DNA of 64,000 nt from Azolla caroliniana (Eukaryota; Plantae; Polypodiophyta). The stretch covers positions 10,602,001-10,666,000 of the forward strand of contig JBHGNT010000018.1 of assembly GCA_043228905.1 (NCBI GenBank), given 5' to 3'. The notes beneath the pieces were generated by a model. That model worked only from the letters and a program-made list of their open reading frames with translations, did not search any database and had not been told where the DNA came from. A program made the position numbers and the translations under genes. Positions 62,223 through 64,000 of the stretch are shown piece by piece. The stretch's first letter is position 1. Every line of letters begins with the position of its first letter.

Positions 62223-64000
62223 TGTCAGGAATTGGCGCTTTCAAAACCTTTACCTCTCGGCCACAACCGAGGAAACACGCAGTGATCGATGCAGCAGAAA
62301 ATCGAAAACACAGAGAGAGACTCGAATGCACAGGATTTAGCGTGGAAAACCCTAGACGGGAAAAACCACGGGAGTGCAAGACTCCAACTATCACTATACG
62401 CAAGATATGTACAATGGCGTGCTGCAAGGCGACGACCTTGAGCTCGCTGTCCTCGCCACAGGCGGCGGTATTACACAGAGGCGTCGACCTCTTCCTTTCT
62501 CTCTATCTCTCTCACTCTCTCTCTCTGCTACTCTCACTTCACTCCCTCTGAGTGGAAAACAAAAATTGAGCAACAACATAAAACTGTTTGCCCTAAGTCA
62601 TATTTATACACATATGACTTTCGGGCTATTTACAAATATAGCCTCAAGGGCCCTTGGCAAACATATTCACAAATATGTCCCCGCATCCGGATCTCTCTCC
62701 GGGTACATTCGTCATCCGGCTCCGTAACCGGGGTCATCATCATCCGGATCCGAAACCGGGTCTTCATCATCCGGCTCCGTAGCCGGGGTCTTCATCATCC
62801 GGATCCGAACCCGGGTCTTCATCATCCGGCTCCGTAGCCGGGGTCTTCATCATCCGGATTCCCGGACATCCGACCATCCCATCCGGAGGGACCGTAATCC
62901 CAACAAACTCCCCCTTCACTTCGGCATGGGATGTCTTTCCAGACCGACCCTCTTCCGGCACGCTTCCAGCTTGTCGGGTGTGAGCACTTTGGTCAGCATA
63001 TCTGACCCGTTCTCGTCCGTGTGGATCTTCGTCAGCACGAACTCCTGGTCTTCTATCCTTTCCCGGATCCAGTGATATCTTCGCTGGATGTGCTTCGTCC
63101 GGGAGTGATAGGCCGCGTTCTTCGCAAGGTGGATGGCACTCTGACTGTCGCAGTAGAGTCGGTACTCCTCCTGCCGGATACCGAGCTCTCTAATAAAGTC
63201 CTTCATCCATATTATTTCCTTGCCGGCTTCAACAGCCGCCATGTACTCCGCCTCCGTGGTTGACAACGCAACCGTCTTCTGCAGCCTCGACTGCCACGAA
63301 ACAGCTCCCCCTGCATACGTCATCACATACCCTGATGTGGACCGGCTGGTATCTGTATCAGCCGACATATCCGAATCGGTAAAGCCGTCGAGTTCGGGCT
63401 TACCGGAGCCGAATCGGAGGCATATGTTTGCCGTGCCCTTCAGGTATCGGAGTATCCACTTGGCCGCGTTCCAGTGCTCTTTGCCGGGATTGCTCATGTA
63501 CCGGCTCACCACTCCGACTGCATATCCTATGTCTGGTCTTGTACACACCATTGCGTACATCAAGCTTCCGACGGCAGAGGCATATGGTACTTTCATCATG
63601 TCCTCCTTCTCAGCCTTTGTCTTGGGGCTTTGCTTGCTGGACAACTTGCAGTTTGCCGGGAGGGTTGACCCGACCGGTCTTGCTTCCGACATGTTGAACC
63701 GGTGAAGCACCTTTGTCACGTACTTCTCCTGTGACAGCCACAACTGCTTCTTCTTCCGGTCCCGGATGATGTGCATCCCTAGTATTTGCCTCGCCGGACC
63801 CAGGTCCTTCATTGAGAAGGTTCGGTGAAGCGCTTTCTTCAGCATCCGTATCTTGACCTGGTCCCGTCCGACGATCAACATGTCGTCCACGTACAGGAGG
63901 AGTATTAGAAAGTCTCCTCCTTCGAACTTCTTCACAAACACGCAGTGATCGGACTGCGTTTTGTGGTACCCTTCGTCGGTCATGAAAGAGTCGAACTTTC
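62223..64000 (-). mobile_element. Ty1/copia element with an open RT-RNase H frame (ending 62916), PPT 62908-62916 and 3' LTR 62223-62905; continues beyond the window
   Basis: Uninterrupted 355-aa ORF with LLYVDDMLI, GFTDSD, YHSRTKHI; TG...CA LTR. Confidence 0.95.
62690..62865. repeat. About 26-27 bp tandem repeats in the LTR (CCGGGTCTTCATCATCCGG...)
   Basis: About six visible units alternating ATCCGAA and CTCCGTAG. Confidence 0.85.

Overview
Eukaryotic land-plant nuclear DNA, most likely a fern or other non-seed vascular plant (inferred from TE-filled multi-kb introns and a Tcn1-like chromovirus; not proven). Two host genes can be reconstructed with GT-AG splice sites: a 10-exon cereblon (CRBN; Lon-N plus thalidomide-binding CULT domain) gene, + strand 2426-20250, about 523 aa, and a 3-exon chloroplast two-RRM ribonucleoprotein (cpRNP) gene, - strand 51737-54665, about 282 aa. 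A possible orphan single-exon gene lies at 23017-23748. Most of the rest is nested retroelements: about a dozen Ty1/copia copies (tRNA-iMet PBS; one near-complete copy at 37931-43447), solo LTRs, stacked LINE 3' fragments, a gypsy gag remnant and a hAT MITE. The most interesting signal is in two related gypsy/chromovirus-like LTR elements (57421-58823 and 30747-32322) that lack a tRNA PBS. In each, the PBS position is complementary to the sequence about 32 nt downstream of its own TATA box, with a different 11-12-mer in each element, which is the Tf1-type self-priming signature with covariation. Their LTRs also carry heat-shock-element repeats and a tRNA-like A/B-box remnant. All coordinates were read by eye and may be off by a few nt.
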